64,000 nt of DNA from an uncultured Acidobacteriota bacterium (GCA_963697285.1 CAVONI010000012.1:248616-312615), one strand, 5' to 3'; numbered from the stretch's first letter, positions 1 to 11,319 are shown. Numbers and translations: made by a program. Notes: a model not told the origin generated them from the sequence alone.

Positions 1-855
1 CTCGTCGTCAACAAGCTGCGTGGCACGCTGCAGGCCGCGGCCGTCAAGGCCCCGGGCTTCGGCGACCGCCGCAAGGCCATGCTCGAGGACATCGCGACGC
101 TGACCGGCGGCCGCGCCATCACCGAAGACCTCGGCATCAAGCTCGAGAACCTCAAGCTCGAGGATCTCGGCCGCGCCAAGAAGGTCACGATCGACAAGGA
201 CAACACGACGATCGTCGAAGGGGCTGGCAGCTCGAAGGACATCGAGGGCCGCGTGAAGCAGATCCGCGCGCAGGTCGAGGAGACCTCGTCGGACTACGAT
301 CGCGAGAAGCTCCAGGAGCGGCTGGCGAAGCTCGTCGGCGGCGTGGCCGTCATCAAGGTCGGTGCCGCCACCGAGACCGAGATGAAGGAGAAGAAGGCGC
401 GCGTCGAAGACGCCATGCACGCCACGAAGGCGGCCGTCGAAGAGGGCATCGTGCCCGGCGGCGGTGTGGCCCTCCTGCGCGCAAGCAAGGCGCTCGACAA
501 CCTCAAGGGCGCCAATCACGATCAGCAGGTCGGCATCGCGATCATCAAGCGCGCCATCGAGGAACCGATGCGCTGGATCGCCCAGAACGCCGGCCACGAA
601 GGCTCGATCATCGTGCAGAAGGTCAAGGAGATGAAGTACGACGAGGGCTTCAACGCCGCGACCGAGACGTACGAGGATCTCGTCGCCGCAGGCGTGATCG
701 ACCCCGCGAAGGTCGTGCGCACGGCGCTGCAGAACGCGTCGTCAATCGCCTCGCTGTTGCTGACCACCGAGGCCATGGTGTCGGAGATTCCCGAGAAGAA
801 GGAAGCCGCACCGATGGGCGGCGGCCCGGGCGGCGGCATGGGCGGGATGTACTGA
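1..855 (+). CDS. groL: Chaperonin GroEL, 3' part (5' end outside window)
   Basis: Translation has [33 protein letters not shown]-like motif and C-terminal GGM tail. Confidence 0.98.
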   Translation, partial: LVVNKLRGTLQAAAVKAPGFGDRRKAMLEDIATLTGGRAITEDLGIKLENLKLEDLGRAKKVTIDKDNTTIVEGAGSSKDIEGRVKQIRAQVEETSSDYDREKLQERLAKLVGGVAVIKVGAATETEMKEKKARVEDAMHATKAAVEEGIVPGGGVALLRASKALDNLKGANHDQQVGIAIIKRAIEEPMRWIAQNAGHEGSIIVQKVKEMKYDEGFNAATETYEDLVAAGVIDPAKVVRTALQNASSIASLLLTTEAMVSEIPEKKEAAPMGGGPGGGMGGMY

Positions 856-944
856 CACAACCGTCGGCGGGGGCAGCGTGCTGCCTCCCGTCGCGGACTC
901 GCGGCGGCGCCGTCCAGGCGCCGCGGCGGGTGGAGCGAAACGCG

Positions 945-979
945 AACGGCCCGGCAGGAGCACCTCCTGCCGGGCCGTT
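945..979. terminator. Probable bidirectional intrinsic terminator between convergent groEL and tonB-like genes
   Basis: Perfect 16-bp inverted repeat AACGGCCCGGCAGGAG-cac-CTCCTGCCGGGCCGTT followed by TCGTTT on + and preceded by A-rich GAAAC. Confidence 0.75.
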
Positions 980-1036
980 TCGTTTGCTGTCTGCTGCCGT
1001 CTGCCGCCCCCAACCGCGGGCGCCGAGCACCCGCCG

Positions 1037-1960
1037 TCAGCGGAGGTTGAAGCCCATCTCGACGCTGACGAGCACCGGCACCGGGACGCCCTGGCGCATT
1101 CCCGGAACCCAGCGCCACTGCTTCACGGCCTTGATCGCCTCGAGGTCGAGCCCGAACACGCTGTCGAGCGACTTCGTGACCTCCACGTTGCCCACGGTGC
1201 CATCGGGCAGCACGACGCAGTCGAGATAGACGACGCCCTGGATCTTGGCGCGCAGCGCATCGGCCGTGTACTGGGGCCGCGGCTGCGCAATCGGCCGCGG
1301 CGACGTGACGCCAGAGCCCGGCCTGTAGACGCCACCTCCGGTCCCGCCGCCCGAGCCCGGCCCAAGCCCTGAACCCTGTCCTGGCCCGGTCCCGGTGCCG
1401 CGCCCGGTGCCGTAGCCCCCGCCAGAACCCGGTCCCTGCGACGTGATGCTCGGATCGGGAATGCCCTGCATCGCCCCGGGCAGCACGATCTCGCCGGCGT
1501 TCATCGCAACAGCGGGGATGTTGAGCTGCTCGATGGGCGGCGGTTCCTTGGCCACCTCTTCCTTGGGCGGCGTGAGGTCGGGTGGCTTCGCCACGGGGAC
1601 CGACAACTTGTCCTGGCCGGGCATCTCCAGCTGTCGCGGGGGTTCCGGCTGCTGATTGCCGCCGCCACCACCGCCGCCGCCGGGCCCCTCCTGGGCGAGC
1701 CAGATCAGGTCGTGCGTCTCGCGGTCGGGGAAGAGGTTGACCGGTCGAGGACTCGGCATGACACGCATCAGGCCGAGCAGCAGCAGGACCGAGCCGACGT
1801 GGGTGAGCACCGACACACCCAGTGCTCCGCCCGCGCGACGTCCCTGGTTGCCGAGCTGGAACGGCTCGTCACCAGACGCACTGAGGTGCAGCGTGACGTA
1901 TGCAGTTTCGCCGCCGCGCGACGTCACGGGCGCGGCCAGCGGCATGGTAGTGTTCGACAT
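1037..1960 (-). CDS. TonB family energy transducer (TM helix, Pro/Gly-rich linker, TonB_C); start uncertain
   Basis: N-terminal hydrophobic helix SVLTHVGSVLLLLGL, GPGGGGGGG linker, C-terminal YTADALRAKIQGVVYLDCVV...LDLEAIKAVKQWRWVPG. Confidence 0.88.
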   Translation of the reverse strand: MSNTTMPLAAPVTSRGGETAYVTLHLSASGDEPFQLGNQGRRAGGALGVSVLTHVGSVLLLLGLMRVMPSPRPVNLFPDRETHDLIWLAQEGPGGGGGGGGNQQPEPPRQLEMPGQDKLSVPVAKPPDLTPPKEEVAKEPPPIEQLNIPAVAMNAGEIVLPGAMQGIPDPSITSQGPGSGGGYGTGRGTGTGPGQGSGLGPGSGGGTGGGVYRPGSGVTSPRPIAQPRPQYTADALRAKIQGVVYLDCVVLPDGTVGNVEVTKSLDSVFGLDLEAIKAVKQWRWVPGMRQGVPVPVLVSVEMGFNLR

Positions 1961-2057
1961 GGGCCGATCATTCGGGTGGGGCGCAGGCTCTCTCATTGTG
2001 GCTGACCACGTGAAGAGGCGCAAACGGAAATCGCGCGCCGCTCACCCCCTCGCCCAG

Positions 2058-2537
2058 TTAGACGCGCCCGCGCCACGCCCCGATGGCGGCGTTGCCGCCG
2101 CCGAAGTTGTGCATCACGGCCAGGACGTCAGCAGCCCGTGACGCCGAAGTCACCGCGACCATCACCCCACCACGTTCGACGAGCCGGGTGAAGATTCGGC
2201 CGTCGTGGGCCTGGAACCCGGCGGTGTACATCAGGCCTTCGATCCCTTCGGCCGCCAGGGCGGCCGCCCAGCTTTCGGACGCCAGTGGACCGGCGCACTG
2301 CACCGCACCCACGACCTGCGCCTCGACGGCGGTGGGCGCCTGGCCGAGCACGCCGGTCATCCACGCCACCGTGTCAGGGGCGTCCCTGGCGAGCAGCGAC
2401 AGGGTCGCCGGGGCGATGCCGTGACGCGTGAGGAGGGCGTCGACGCCGAGCTTCGCCGATGCGAGATCAGCGAACACGGCGACGGTGTGGAGGATGTTGG
2501 TGTCAGTGGGGGCAGTCGACATGGCCATGTGCTCCAC
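2058..2537 (-). CDS. Hypothetical protein, general-stress-protein (YflT/17M)-like
   Basis: 159-aa ORF; TVAVFADLASAKLGVDAL...LSLLARD and GGVMVAV resemble that family; similarity judged by eye. Confidence 0.5.
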   Translation of the reverse strand: MEHMAMSTAPTDTNILHTVAVFADLASAKLGVDALLTRHGIAPATLSLLARDAPDTVAWMTGVLGQAPTAVEAQVVGAVQCAGPLASESWAAALAAEGIEGLMYTAGFQAHDGRIFTRLVERGGVMVAVTSASRAADVLAVMHNFGGGNAAIGAWRGRV

Positions 2538-2589
2538 TGTAAGTCGTCGCCTCGCACGGCGGCAAGCGCAGATGCCGGACGTGGCGCAT

Positions 2590-3505
2590 TCAGTGTGTGA
2601 AGTACCCGGGTCGGGCGCGGATGACCGTCGCTCGTCCTGGCGTGCGGAGGTCGATCCGGCGGAAGCGTCGCGGGCCCTCGGCGCTGCCCTGGACGGGAGC
2701 GAACCCGATCAGGTACTGCTGACGCAGCTCCCCGGCAATGCTCAGGAAGGCCTCGTCGAGTGTCGAGGCGTCGCGCACCCAGAACGCTCGTCCGCCCGTG
2801 AAGGCGGCCAGTTGCGTGAACAGCGGCGAGTTCCTTCGCCCGACGACGACCGAGTAGCACAGCACGTCGCTGGCCCTCACCCTGGCTATCACGTCGGCCG
2901 CAGAGGCCTTGCTCCCCCTGTCGTCGCCGTCGGTCAGGATCACCAGCGCCCGGCGGCCCTGGCCGGACGCGAGCCTCGCGAACGACTCGATCACGGCATC
3001 GTGCAGCTTCGTCGTACCCCAGGGCGTCAACTGCGACACCGCGAGACGCTGGGCCTCACGGTCGCGCGACAGGGGCGCCAAGGTCTCGACTTCGCTGCTG
3101 ATCCCGATGACTGTCGCTTCGTCGTCGGGCCGCAGGGCCGAGAGAAACTGCAGCGCGGCGTCCTTCACGAAGGCCAGCCGTTCGCCTGACATGCTGAAAC
3201 TGCGATCGATCGCGAGGCCGACCGACAGGGGAAACGCCCCGCGCGCAAACGTGACGATCGTCCGTGGTTCTCCCTCGTCACGCACCTCGAAGTCGCTGGC
3301 CTCGCAGGTCGACCACCGGATCGCCCCGGGTCGACGACACGGTGGCGTACACCTCGACGACCGTCACCGACGACGAGAACTGGGCGCGTGCGCCGGGTGC
3401 GATGATGGCTCCGCACACGAGCACCAGAACCGCAGCGAGCGCGCCTGCCAGCCGATTTCCGCACGAGGGGCCCTCGCAGAGGGTGCTAGAATCGTGGCTG
3501 GTCAA
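2590..3505 (-). CDS. Secreted VWA-domain protein (acidobacterial VWFA type); apparent frameshift near 3300; start uncertain
   Basis: MIDAS DRSFSM, TKLHDAV, LVILTDGDD in ORF 2590..3285; signal-peptide-like segment and AQFSSSVTVVEVYATV in another frame (3278..3505). Confidence 0.8.
3484..3492 (+). promoter_or_regulatory. Extended -10 promoter candidate for tatA
   Basis: TG-C-TAGAAT about 25 nt before the ATG, with an AAGGAG Shine-Dalgarno in between. Confidence 0.55.
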
Positions 3506-3516
3506 GGAGACAATCC

Positions 3517-3675
3517 ATGGGCAGCCTCGGGCTACCGGAACTGGTACTGATCGTTCTCATCCTGATCCTGATCTTCGGTGCAAACCGCTTGCCCGACATC
3601 GGGCGCGGCATCGGCAAGGGGATCAGGAACTTCCGTGATTCCACGAAGGAAGGTCGGGACGAGACGCACCCCTGA
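3517..3675 (+). CDS. tatA: Twin-arginine translocase subunit TatA (52 aa, below ORF-track cutoff)
   Basis: Hand translation MGSLGLPELVLIVLILILIFGANRLPDIGRGIGKGIRNFRDS...; FG hinge and amphipathic helix; RBS AAGGAG. Confidence 0.93.
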   Translation: MGSLGLPELVLIVLILILIFGANRLPDIGRGIGKGIRNFRDSTKEGRDETHP

Positions 3676-3682
3676 CGCTGCA

Positions 3683-5614
3683 TCACAGGACCACTCGCGC
3701 GTCGCCAACCCTGCGGGTGACGCGCTCGCGGTCGAGATACTCGAGTAGCGGGATGGCATATTTCCTCGACATCCCGTAGCGATCCTTGAACGCGGCCACG
3801 TCGAGCCGCGTTCCCGCCGGCGTTCCCTTCAGGCCCCGGACCTCCCGTTTCAACGCCTCGAGCGCCACGGTCGAGAACCAGAGCGTGTCGAGCTTGACGA
3901 GCACACGCTGTCGCACCAGCAGGCTCGCCAGTTGTTCCACCTTGGCGACCCCGACGCCCACCTGCGCGGCCACGGTCGCCAGGTCGGGGGGCAGCAGGCC
4001 GCCCGCAGTCATCGCGTCCTGCAGCGCCGCGACGACCGGCCGATCGGCGGCCTCCACGACGACGCGGTGCGACGCGAGCGCCAGCCGGTCGGTGGCCACC
4101 AGCTTCCCCGCCGACGCGAGCGATGCCACGACGTGGTTGAACACCTGGTCATCGGCGTGCGCGAACACGCGCGACCGCGCCTCTTCGCGCGGGAGCCCGT
4201 CGGCGAGCGGCTGCGTGCGATGGTGGTCGCCCACGGCCCGCAGCAACTGCGCTTCGAGGGCACGCAGGGTGGCGACCGTGACGAGGAGTGTCGCGACACG
4301 CTCGACCCTGGCGCTGGCCACAAGGCCCGACATGACGCGCTCGGCGTCGTGCGGCGCGAGTCCGACGCGCGTCACGAGCGCCGACACCGCCAGCCCATGG
4401 CCCGCGCGCTCGGCCGTCATCTGCAGCACGGCCCGCGTTGGCGCGTCAGGCTGGCGCGGGTCAAGGGCCGCGAACCGCTCACGTCCCCGCACCGTGCGCG
4501 TGGGGCCCCGCTGGGGCGCCGGATCGATGACTTCGCCGCCTGCGACCGTGCGCGACGGCGAGTACGCGCGCAGGATGAACCGGTCGCCGCGCGTGACCAC
4601 GATCGGAGACTCGAGCCGCAGCCGGCCGAACGCGCGGGCGTCGGGCGGCACCTGGCTGAGGTCCGCGACGTCTCCCCCCGCCAACTCGACGCGTGACAGC
4701 GCGAGCCGCCCCAGCACTTCGCTGGTCCCGCTGTGCACGCGGACGCGTGCGCCATGCCGCAGCGCGGGCGCGTCGGCGAGCGTCTCGAGGGCGACGTCCA
4801 CGACGCGCGTTCCCTCGTAGGTGCCCGGCGCGACCGCGCACTCCCCGCGCACCACGTCGTCCACGTCAGCACCCGACAGGTTGACGGCGAGGCGCTGTCC
4901 GGGCTGCGCGTGGTCGACCTTCGCCCCGTAAGCCTGCAGGCCGCGCACCTTGACGCGCCGCCCGCTCGGCATGAGATCGAGGTCATCGCCGACAGCGACG
5001 TGCCCCGCCACGAGCGTCCCCGTGACCACGGTCCCGAAACCGCGGACGCTGAACACGCGATCGATCGGCAGCCGCGCCGGAGACTCGTCGCCTCGCACGT
5101 CGACCCGGGCGGCGAGCGCCGCGAGCACCGCCCGCAGCGCGTCGAGCCCTTCGCCGGTGACCGCCGACACGGGCACGATCGGCGCGTCGGCCAGGAACGA
5201 TCCCGCGACGAGTTCGCGCACGTCGAGTGTTGCGAGCTCGAGTGTCTCGGCGTCGACCAGGTCGGCCTTCGTCAACGCGATGGCGCCTGCCTTCACGTGC
5301 AGGAGGCGACAGATGGCAAAGTGCTCGCGCGTCTGTGGCATCACCGATTCGTCGGCCGCGACGACGAGGAGCACACCGTCGATGCCGGTCACGCCGGCGA
5401 GCATGTTCTTGACGAAGCGCTCGTGCCCCGGCACGTCCACGAACGACACGCGTGTCTCACCGAGATCGACGTGCGCGAACCCGAGGTCGATCGTGATGCC
5501 GCGCGCCTTCTCCTCGGCGAGCCGGTCGGGATCGACGCCCGTCAGCGCCCGCACCAGCGTGCTCTTGCCGTGGTCGATGTGTCCCGCCGTGCCGACGACG
5601 AGCGTGCGGGGCAT
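3683..5614 (-). CDS. selB: Selenocysteine-specific elongation factor SelB
   Basis: [24 protein letters not shown]-terminal winged helix [13 protein letters not shown]; 643 aa. Confidence 0.96.
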   Translation of the reverse strand: MPRTLVVGTAGHIDHGKSTLVRALTGVDPDRLAEEKARGITIDLGFAHVDLGETRVSFVDVPGHERFVKNMLAGVTGIDGVLLVVAADESVMPQTREHFAICRLLHVKAGAIALTKADLVDAETLELATLDVRELVAGSFLADAPIVPVSAVTGEGLDALRAVLAALAARVDVRGDESPARLPIDRVFSVRGFGTVVTGTLVAGHVAVGDDLDLMPSGRRVKVRGLQAYGAKVDHAQPGQRLAVNLSGADVDDVVRGECAVAPGTYEGTRVVDVALETLADAPALRHGARVRVHSGTSEVLGRLALSRVELAGGDVADLSQVPPDARAFGRLRLESPIVVTRGDRFILRAYSPSRTVAGGEVIDPAPQRGPTRTVRGRERFAALDPRQPDAPTRAVLQMTAERAGHGLAVSALVTRVGLAPHDAERVMSGLVASARVERVATLLVTVATLRALEAQLLRAVGDHHRTQPLADGLPREEARSRVFAHADDQVFNHVVASLASAGKLVATDRLALASHRVVVEAADRPVVAALQDAMTAGGLLPPDLATVAAQVGVGVAKVEQLASLLVRQRVLVKLDTLWFSTVALEALKREVRGLKGTPAGTRLDVAAFKDRYGMSRKYAIPLLEYLDRERVTRRVGDARVVL

Positions 5615-7896
5615 CAGCGTCCCCGCTTCTTCATCGAGCGCTCACGCTTCCCCGGCCGCTGCGAACGCGTCTTCACCTGCCGGCTCTCGCGCTTCGACGA
5701 CACGCCGCTCCGCACCGCCCGCTCTGAGGCCGCCGACGTGCGGCGACGCCCGCCTGTCGCCTCGACGATCTCGGTGAGCGCCAGCTCGATCTGCCGCCGC
5801 TCGCGATCCACCTTCACCACCTGCACCCGCACGCGATCGCCGAGGCGATACCGCTTGCGTGTCTGTTCGCCGAAGAGCAGGTGCTCGCGTTCGACGAACC
5901 GGTAGTAGTCGTCGTTCATCGTGGACACGTGCACGAGCCCGTCCACGAAGTGCTCCGCGAGCTGGACGAACAGGCCGAACGGCGCCACGCCGAGTATCAA
6001 CCCGTCGAAGTCCTCGCCCACCTTGTCGCGCATGAAGCGGACCTGCTTCCACTGCAGCAGCTCGCGCTCGGCTTCAATGGCACGGCGCTCGCGGTCGGAC
6101 GTGTGCCGCGCGAGTTCCGGCATGTTGTCGGCCCGCTCTTCGACCTCCTCGGCGTCCCAGGCGTTGTGTCGCTGTGCGCGCAGCGCGCGATGCACGACGA
6201 GGTCGGGATACCGCCGGATGGGCGACGTGAAATGCGTGTAGGAGCGCGCCGCCAGGCCGAAGTGTCCCAGGTTCGCGGCCTCGTAGCGCGCCTTCTGCAT
6301 GCTGCGAAGCATGATGGTCGCGATCGGCCGTTCCTCAGGCGTGCCGCGCATCCGCTCGATGACCTTCTGGAAGTGGTGCGGCTCGACCGCCTCGGGCGGC
6401 GCCGCCAGGCTATACCCGAAGGAACTGATGAACGCCTCGAACTCTGCCACCTTGAGGACGTCGGGGCGTTCGTGGATGCGGTACAGCGCCGGCGTCTCGT
6501 GCCGATCGAGGTGCGCCGCCACCGTTTCGTTGGCCAGGAGCATGAACTCCTCGATCAAGCGGTGCGCCACGTTGCGCTCCGAGGCGACGATCGACGTGAT
6601 GGCCCCATCAGGATCCAGCTGCACCTCGGCCTCGGGCAGGTCGAAGTCAATCGAGCCGCGCTTCCGCCGGCGCCCGTTGAGGATGCCGAACAGCGTGTGC
6701 ATCTCCTCGAACATCGGCACCAACGCCGCATGCGTCTCGCGCAAGGCCTCGTCGCGGTCGGTGAGGATGGCGTTCACGGCGGTGTACGTCATCCGGGCGT
6801 CGGAGTGGATCACGCCGTCGTGGAACTCCGCGCGCACCACGCTGCCATGGCGATCCACTTCCATCAGGCACGACTGCACCAGCCGATCGACGTGCGGATT
6901 GAGGCTGCACAGTCCCGTCGCCAGTTCGGCCGGAAACATGTGGAGCGCGCGCTCGGGGAAGTAGACCGACGTCGCGCGTTCCCGAGCGTCGCGATCGAGG
7001 GCCGACCCCTCGGCCACGTAGTGCCCCACGTCTGCGATGTGGACGCCGAGCCAGTGATTGCCGTTCGCCAGTCGGCTCAGGGTGATCGCGTCGTCGAAGT
7101 CCCGGGCGTGCTCACCGTCGATCGTGACCGTTGGCAGGCCACGGAAGTCTGTCCGGTTGTGCAGGTCGGCCTCGCGCACGTGGCCGCCCAGCCGCACCGC
7201 CTCGGCAATCGCATCGTCGCCGTGCACGTCAGGCAGGCCATGCTTGCGGATGACGACCTGCAGGTCGACGCCGGGTGCATCGATGTCGCCCAGCACTTCG
7301 ACGACGCGCCCGAGCGGACCGCGCGTGGACGAAGGCCAGCGCGTGATGTCGACCGTGACCATCTCGCCGGGCGCGGCGCCGCGCTCCTCGCCGCGCGGGA
7401 TCTGGACGTCCTGCGTCAGGCGCCGGTCGAAGGGCGTCACGTACCGGAGCCCGGCGGCGTCGACGTCGAAACGGCCCACCACCGTCGCCGACCGACGTTC
7501 GAGCACGCGCAGGACGCGCCCCTCGGCCCGACCGCTGGCCTGCCGGCGTTCGACGCGTGCCAGCACGCGATCGCCATGCATCGCCTCGTTGACGTGCATG
7601 CCGGCGACGAACAGGTCACCCGCGAGATCGTCCACGTGCCGGTCGGGCTCGACGAAGGCGTATCCGTCTGGATGGACCGTGATGCGCCCGACCACGAGAT
7701 CCATGAGGTCGGGCACGCCGATCTGGCCGCCACGCGTCTCGATGAGGGCGCCGTCGGCCACCATGGCACGCAGGCGCCGCCGCACCGCCGGCTTCTGTTC
7801 GCGTGGCACGCGCAGCACCCGCAGGATCTCGTTGGCGGTGGCGGGATGGCCCATCCTCGTGCGCAGCGCGTTCAGCAGTTCGTCAGGCGTCCACAT
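5614..7896 (-). CDS. rnr: Ribonuclease R
   Basis: HPDGYAFV cold-shock domain, [13 protein letters not shown] catalytic motif, [13 protein letters not shown]1 domain, basic C-tail. Confidence 0.96.
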   Translation of the reverse strand: MWTPDELLNALRTRMGHPATANEILRVLRVPREQKPAVRRRLRAMVADGALIETRGGQIGVPDLMDLVVGRITVHPDGYAFVEPDRHVDDLAGDLFVAGMHVNEAMHGDRVLARVERRQASGRAEGRVLRVLERRSATVVGRFDVDAAGLRYVTPFDRRLTQDVQIPRGEERGAAPGEMVTVDITRWPSSTRGPLGRVVEVLGDIDAPGVDLQVVIRKHGLPDVHGDDAIAEAVRLGGHVREADLHNRTDFRGLPTVTIDGEHARDFDDAITLSRLANGNHWLGVHIADVGHYVAEGSALDRDARERATSVYFPERALHMFPAELATGLCSLNPHVDRLVQSCLMEVDRHGSVVRAEFHDGVIHSDARMTYTAVNAILTDRDEALRETHAALVPMFEEMHTLFGILNGRRRKRGSIDFDLPEAEVQLDPDGAITSIVASERNVAHRLIEEFMLLANETVAAHLDRHETPALYRIHERPDVLKVAEFEAFISSFGYSLAAPPEAVEPHHFQKVIERMRGTPEERPIATIMLRSMQKARYEAANLGHFGLAARSYTHFTSPIRRYPDLVVHRALRAQRHNAWDAEEVEERADNMPELARHTSDRERRAIEAERELLQWKQVRFMRDKVGEDFDGLILGVAPFGLFVQLAEHFVDGLVHVSTMNDDYYRFVEREHLLFGEQTRKRYRLGDRVRVQVVKVDRERRQIELALTEIVEATGGRRRTSAASERAVRSGVSSKRESRQVKTRSQRPGKRERSMKKRGR

Positions 7897-7981
7897 GTCT
7901 GGCCAGTGTATCGCGCCCACTTGCGCGGCTGTCCTCAACTTTTCCCAACCCGGGGGCCTCGGCTGTCGTCTCTACGCGTGT

Positions 7982-8567
7982 GTGATCGACGACCCGCTGG
8001 TCGAGCGTGCCCGGGGGGGCGACCGCGAGGCGTTCGCCGCCCTGATCGACTGCCATCGCGTCGCGGCCCTGCGGGCGGCGATGGCCGTGCTCGGCGACCG
8101 CACGGCGGCCGAGGACGCAACGCAGGACGCCTGCCTGGCGGCGTGGAGGGGGCTCGACACGTTTCGCGGCGATGCGTCGTTCAGGACGTGGCTGCTGACG
8201 ATCACCTGGCGAACGGCGCTCTCGCAGCGGCGGCGTTGGGCCCCCTGGTGGCGCTCGCTGACGACCTTCGACGACTACCCGGAGGCCGACGGCTCGACGG
8301 CACGCTGCAGCCCGGTCGATACGGCGCCGCTGGCCGAGGACGTCGCCGTCGAGCCGATCGGAACTTGCGCTGGTTCGGCGGGTCATCCGGGCGCTGCCCG
8401 ATCGCCTGAAGCACCCGTTGCTGCTGGCCGGCAGCGGTCTCGGCATGCAGGACATTGCCGAGATGCTCGGGGTACCGGTCGGCACCGTGAAGTGGCGCAT
8501 CAGTGAAGCGCGACGCGTGACCCGCGAACGGGTCGCGCGACGCATCGAGGTGGGAGCGAGGCGGTGA
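7982..8567 (+). CDS. ECF RNA polymerase sigma factor; apparent frameshift near 8350
   Basis: Region 2 AEDATQDACLAAWRGLDTFRGDASFRTWL in one frame; region 4 MQDIAEMLGVPVGTVKWRISEARR in the next frame, ending at a TGA that overlaps the next start. Confidence 0.85.
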
Positions 8568-9151
8568 TGCACGACAGGGATCGAATCGAGCGGCTCATCG
8601 ATCGTGCCGCCTCCTCGCTGACCGAGGTGCCAGATGCGCGAGCGTTCACGGCACGCGTGCTGGCACGGCTCGATGCGCCTCCAGTTCGTCACCCGACGTG
8701 GTGGCGCGTGCTCGTCGTCGTGCCGGCCGCGGCCGCCGTGCTGCTTCTCGTCGTGGCCGGATGGTGGCAACAGGGTGGGTTCAACGGACCGGCGACGCCA
8801 GCGACGCGCGTGCTCGACTCGCGTGCCCTGCCCACCGCCGCCCTCCTGGTGCCGGCGGCTCGCGAGGCCACGTCGCCCCCGGCAGACCGGGCTGGCGGCG
8901 GGCGCACGCCTGCGTTGCCGGCCGTCTCCGGCAGCGCATCTGCCGCGAACCTTCCACGGGTGCCCGGATACGAGCCGATTGCGCTCGACGTGGTCGCCAT
9001 CGCGCCGGTCGGAGCAGACGACGATGGCGTCGCCGCCGATTCGCAGCTCGAACTGTCGCCGATTGAAGTTGAACGCCTGGCCATCGATCCCATCGATCTC
9101 TCGCGGCCCAGGGGCTCCGAACCCAACCCGTTCCCAGGAGGACGCCAATGA
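8564..9151 (+). CDS. Putative membrane anti-sigma factor
   Basis: Overlaps the sigma stop codon; short N-domain, one TM helix (VLVVVPAAAAVLLLVVAGWW), Pro-rich extracytoplasmic part. Confidence 0.6.
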   Translation: MMHDRDRIERLIDRAASSLTEVPDARAFTARVLARLDAPPVRHPTWWRVLVVVPAAAAVLLLVVAGWWQQGGFNGPATPATRVLDSRALPTAALLVPAAREATSPPADRAGGGRTPALPAVSGSASAANLPRVPGYEPIALDVVAIAPVGADDDGVAADSQLELSPIEVERLAIDPIDLSRPRGSEPNPFPGGRQ

Positions 9152-9954
9152 CTGCCCTGCCCATCTATGCCCTGCTCGCCGTCCTGGCGACATGGCCTGC
9201 AGATGCACTCGACTACCTCACGGCCGATCCCCCAACCGGGGAGGCCTCGACGCCCGCTGGTGCCGGCGTTGCCGCACGCTCGCCCGGGCCGCACTGGGGT
9301 GCGGCCCCTGCACCTGGCTGTGAATCCGGTCGCACGACCGCGACTCCGGTTGTCGCCGGCGACACCGTGGTCGCGGCGCCGTCACCCGACCAGCCGCCGC
9401 CGCCCCCGCCCCCGGCGCCATCAGCCTTGCCCGACCCGGCGCAGCCACCTCCACCCCCGCCACCACCGCCTTCGCCGCCCTCACCTGCCAAGGCATCAGG
9501 TCCAAAGGTCGTCGCGAGCCCGCAAGCCGCGGCGGCTCCCAAGGTGGTCGCCGCGCCCGCCGTCGCGCCGACACCGCGCCCGGCCGGCCAACTCGTGAAC
9601 GTTGCCTTCGAGATCTCGTTGATTGACCGGGGCGAGTCGCCCACACCGCCTCGTCTGGTCACGCTACGCGTCGCCGACGGGCGCAGCGCCCAGGTGCGGC
9701 AGGATCTCAACAGCGCCGCGGGCCTGAACATCGACATCGAGCCCCGCATCATCGACAGCGGCCGCGTCAACGTCTCGCTGGCCGTCGAGTTCTTCCAGCG
9801 CGAGAAGATCGACGGGAACTGGACGCAGCGTCAGATGCGGACGCGCGTGGACGTGATTCTCAAGGACGGCGAAGCCACGACGGTGTCGCAGTGGAGCGAC
9901 CCGTCAGTGAATCGATCGATGGACATCGTCGTCAAGGCGACGCAGGTTCGTTGA
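9148..9954 (+). CDS. Secreted Pro-rich protein with C-terminal secretin-like beta domain
   Basis: Signal peptide, poly-Pro linker, then LNIDIEPRIIDSGRVNVSL...TRVDVILKDGEATTVS. Confidence 0.55.
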   Translation: MTALPIYALLAVLATWPADALDYLTADPPTGEASTPAGAGVAARSPGPHWGAAPAPGCESGRTTATPVVAGDTVVAAPSPDQPPPPPPPAPSALPDPAQPPPPPPPPPSPPSPAKASGPKVVASPQAAAAPKVVAAPAVAPTPRPAGQLVNVAFEISLIDRGESPTPPRLVTLRVADGRSAQVRQDLNSAAGLNIDIEPRIIDSGRVNVSLAVEFFQREKIDGNWTQRQMRTRVDVILKDGEATTVSQWSDPSVNRSMDIVVKATQVR

Positions 9955-9963
9955 GGCTGCCCG

Positions 9964-11319
9964 TCAGCCGACGAGGGCGATCTGCAGATCGCCCACGTTG
10001 GTCTGCGTCCGGCCGAGCATGACAGCATCGCCGAGGCGCTCGAACACGTGGAAGGTGTCGTTGCGCGCCAGGACGTCGGCGATGTTCAGGCCAGCCGACT
10101 CGGCGCGTGCCACCGTCGTGGCATCGACGATCGCCCCGGCGGCCGGCGAGTTGCCGTCGATGCCATCGGTCCCGATGCTGGCGACCGTGATGGCGTATCG
10201 ACCGTCGTCGCCCGAGCCCGTTCGCGCGGGCCCGCCGTCGCCCGCGAGGATCCGGGCGACGGCCAGCGCGAATTCCTGGTTACGCCCTCCGACCCCGTCG
10301 CCGACGACCTGCATCGTGGTCTCGCCTGACGAGATCACGCAGACGCGCTGAGCGCCAGCGAGGTCGTGGCCCACGGCGCGCACGCGCGCCAGCCAGGTGG
10401 CTGCCGCGAGGCGGGCATCGCCCGTGACAGCCTCGGGAATCACGACGACGCGATCCCCGCGCTCGCGCGCCCAGGCCGCGGCACCTTCCATCGCGTCGCG
10501 GCGCGATCCGATGATCGCATGCGTCGCACGGCGTGCGTCGGTGAGGTCGCGACACTCGCCGGGTGCGCTCATCAGTTGGCGCACGCGATCGGGCACGCGG
10601 TCGAACACGCCGAGCCGTTCCAGCACCTCGCGCGCATCGGCCGCTGTGGCCCCGTCGACAACGCCTGGACCCGAGCCGATGATCGACGGGTCGTCTTCGG
10701 CGACACCGCAGACGTCCGAGATGGCGAGCGTGACGACACGTCCACCACTCGCGCGGGCAAGCCCTCCGCCCTTGATCGCCGACAACTGCGATCGCACGCG
10801 GTTGAGCGAGACGATGTCGGCTCCCGCGTGCATCACCAGCCGCGACGTGGCGACCTTGTCGTGGAGCGTGATGCCGGGGCGCGGCAAGGCGAGCATCGAC
10901 GAGGCCCCCCCCGAGATCAGCAGCACGAGCCACTCGTCACTGTCGAGCGTCGAGGCCATCTCGAGCGCAGCGGCACCGGCGGCCGCGCTCTGGTCGTCGG
11001 GAAACGGATGGGATGACGCGATGCGGGTCACCCACGGGTGGAGTGGCTCCCCGGCGAGGCTCGTGACGAGTGCGCGGGAGGTCGGCAGCGGGGCATCCTC
11101 GCACCAGGCCGAGAACATGGGCGCCGCGGCCTTACCTGCCGCCACGACCCGCGCGCGCTCCGCGCGGCCGAGCATCCCCACGACATCGCGGCGAGCCAGC
11201 GCGCGCGACACGAGGTGGCCAGGATGCGCATTGCGCACCGCCGCGTCAATCAGTCCGAAGAGGTCGCGATGGCGATCGCGAGGCAGGTCAGTGCACCTGG
11301 CGGGGGTCGCACCACGCAT
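9964..11319 (-). CDS. Glycerate 2-kinase / hydroxypyruvate reductase (GckA/TtuD, MOFRL domain); start uncertain
   Basis: AAGKAA, LISGGASS, IGSGP, SGETT, GGRNQE, GTDGIDG, TQTNVGDL. Confidence 0.93.
   Translation of the reverse strand: MRGATPARCTDLPRDRHRDLFGLIDAAVRNAHPGHLVSRALARRDVVGMLGRAERARVVAAGKAAAPMFSAWCEDAPLPTSRALVTSLAGEPLHPWVTRIASSHPFPDDQSAAAGAAALEMASTLDSDEWLVLLISGGASSMLALPRPGITLHDKVATSRLVMHAGADIVSLNRVRSQLSAIKGGGLARASGGRVVTLAISDVCGVAEDDPSIIGSGPGVVDGATAADAREVLERLGVFDRVPDRVRQLMSAPGECRDLTDARRATHAIIGSRRDAMEGAAAWARERGDRVVVIPEAVTGDARLAAATWLARVRAVGHDLAGAQRVCVISSGETTMQVVGDGVGGRNQEFALAVARILAGDGGPARTGSGDDGRYAITVASIGTDGIDGNSPAAGAIVDATTVARAESAGLNIADVLARNDTFHVFERLGDAVMLGRTQTNVGDLQIALVG

Noticed and set aside
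1300-1700. Gly/Pro tracts in TonB, and similar tracts at 9390-9480, 26400-26500 and 29570-29600, as repeat arrays or CRISPR
   Set aside because: In-frame low-complexity linkers within proteins; no constant repeat-spacer structure and no cas genes
5881-8409. Very long ORFs antisense to or overlapping real genes (e.g. 5881..8409, 13571..16021, 20903..22786, 32311..35172, 48358..50517, 54708..56198, 61042..62655)
   Set aside because: Shadow ORFs typical of high-GC DNA: Arg/Ala/Gly-rich, no motifs, lying opposite well-supported genes
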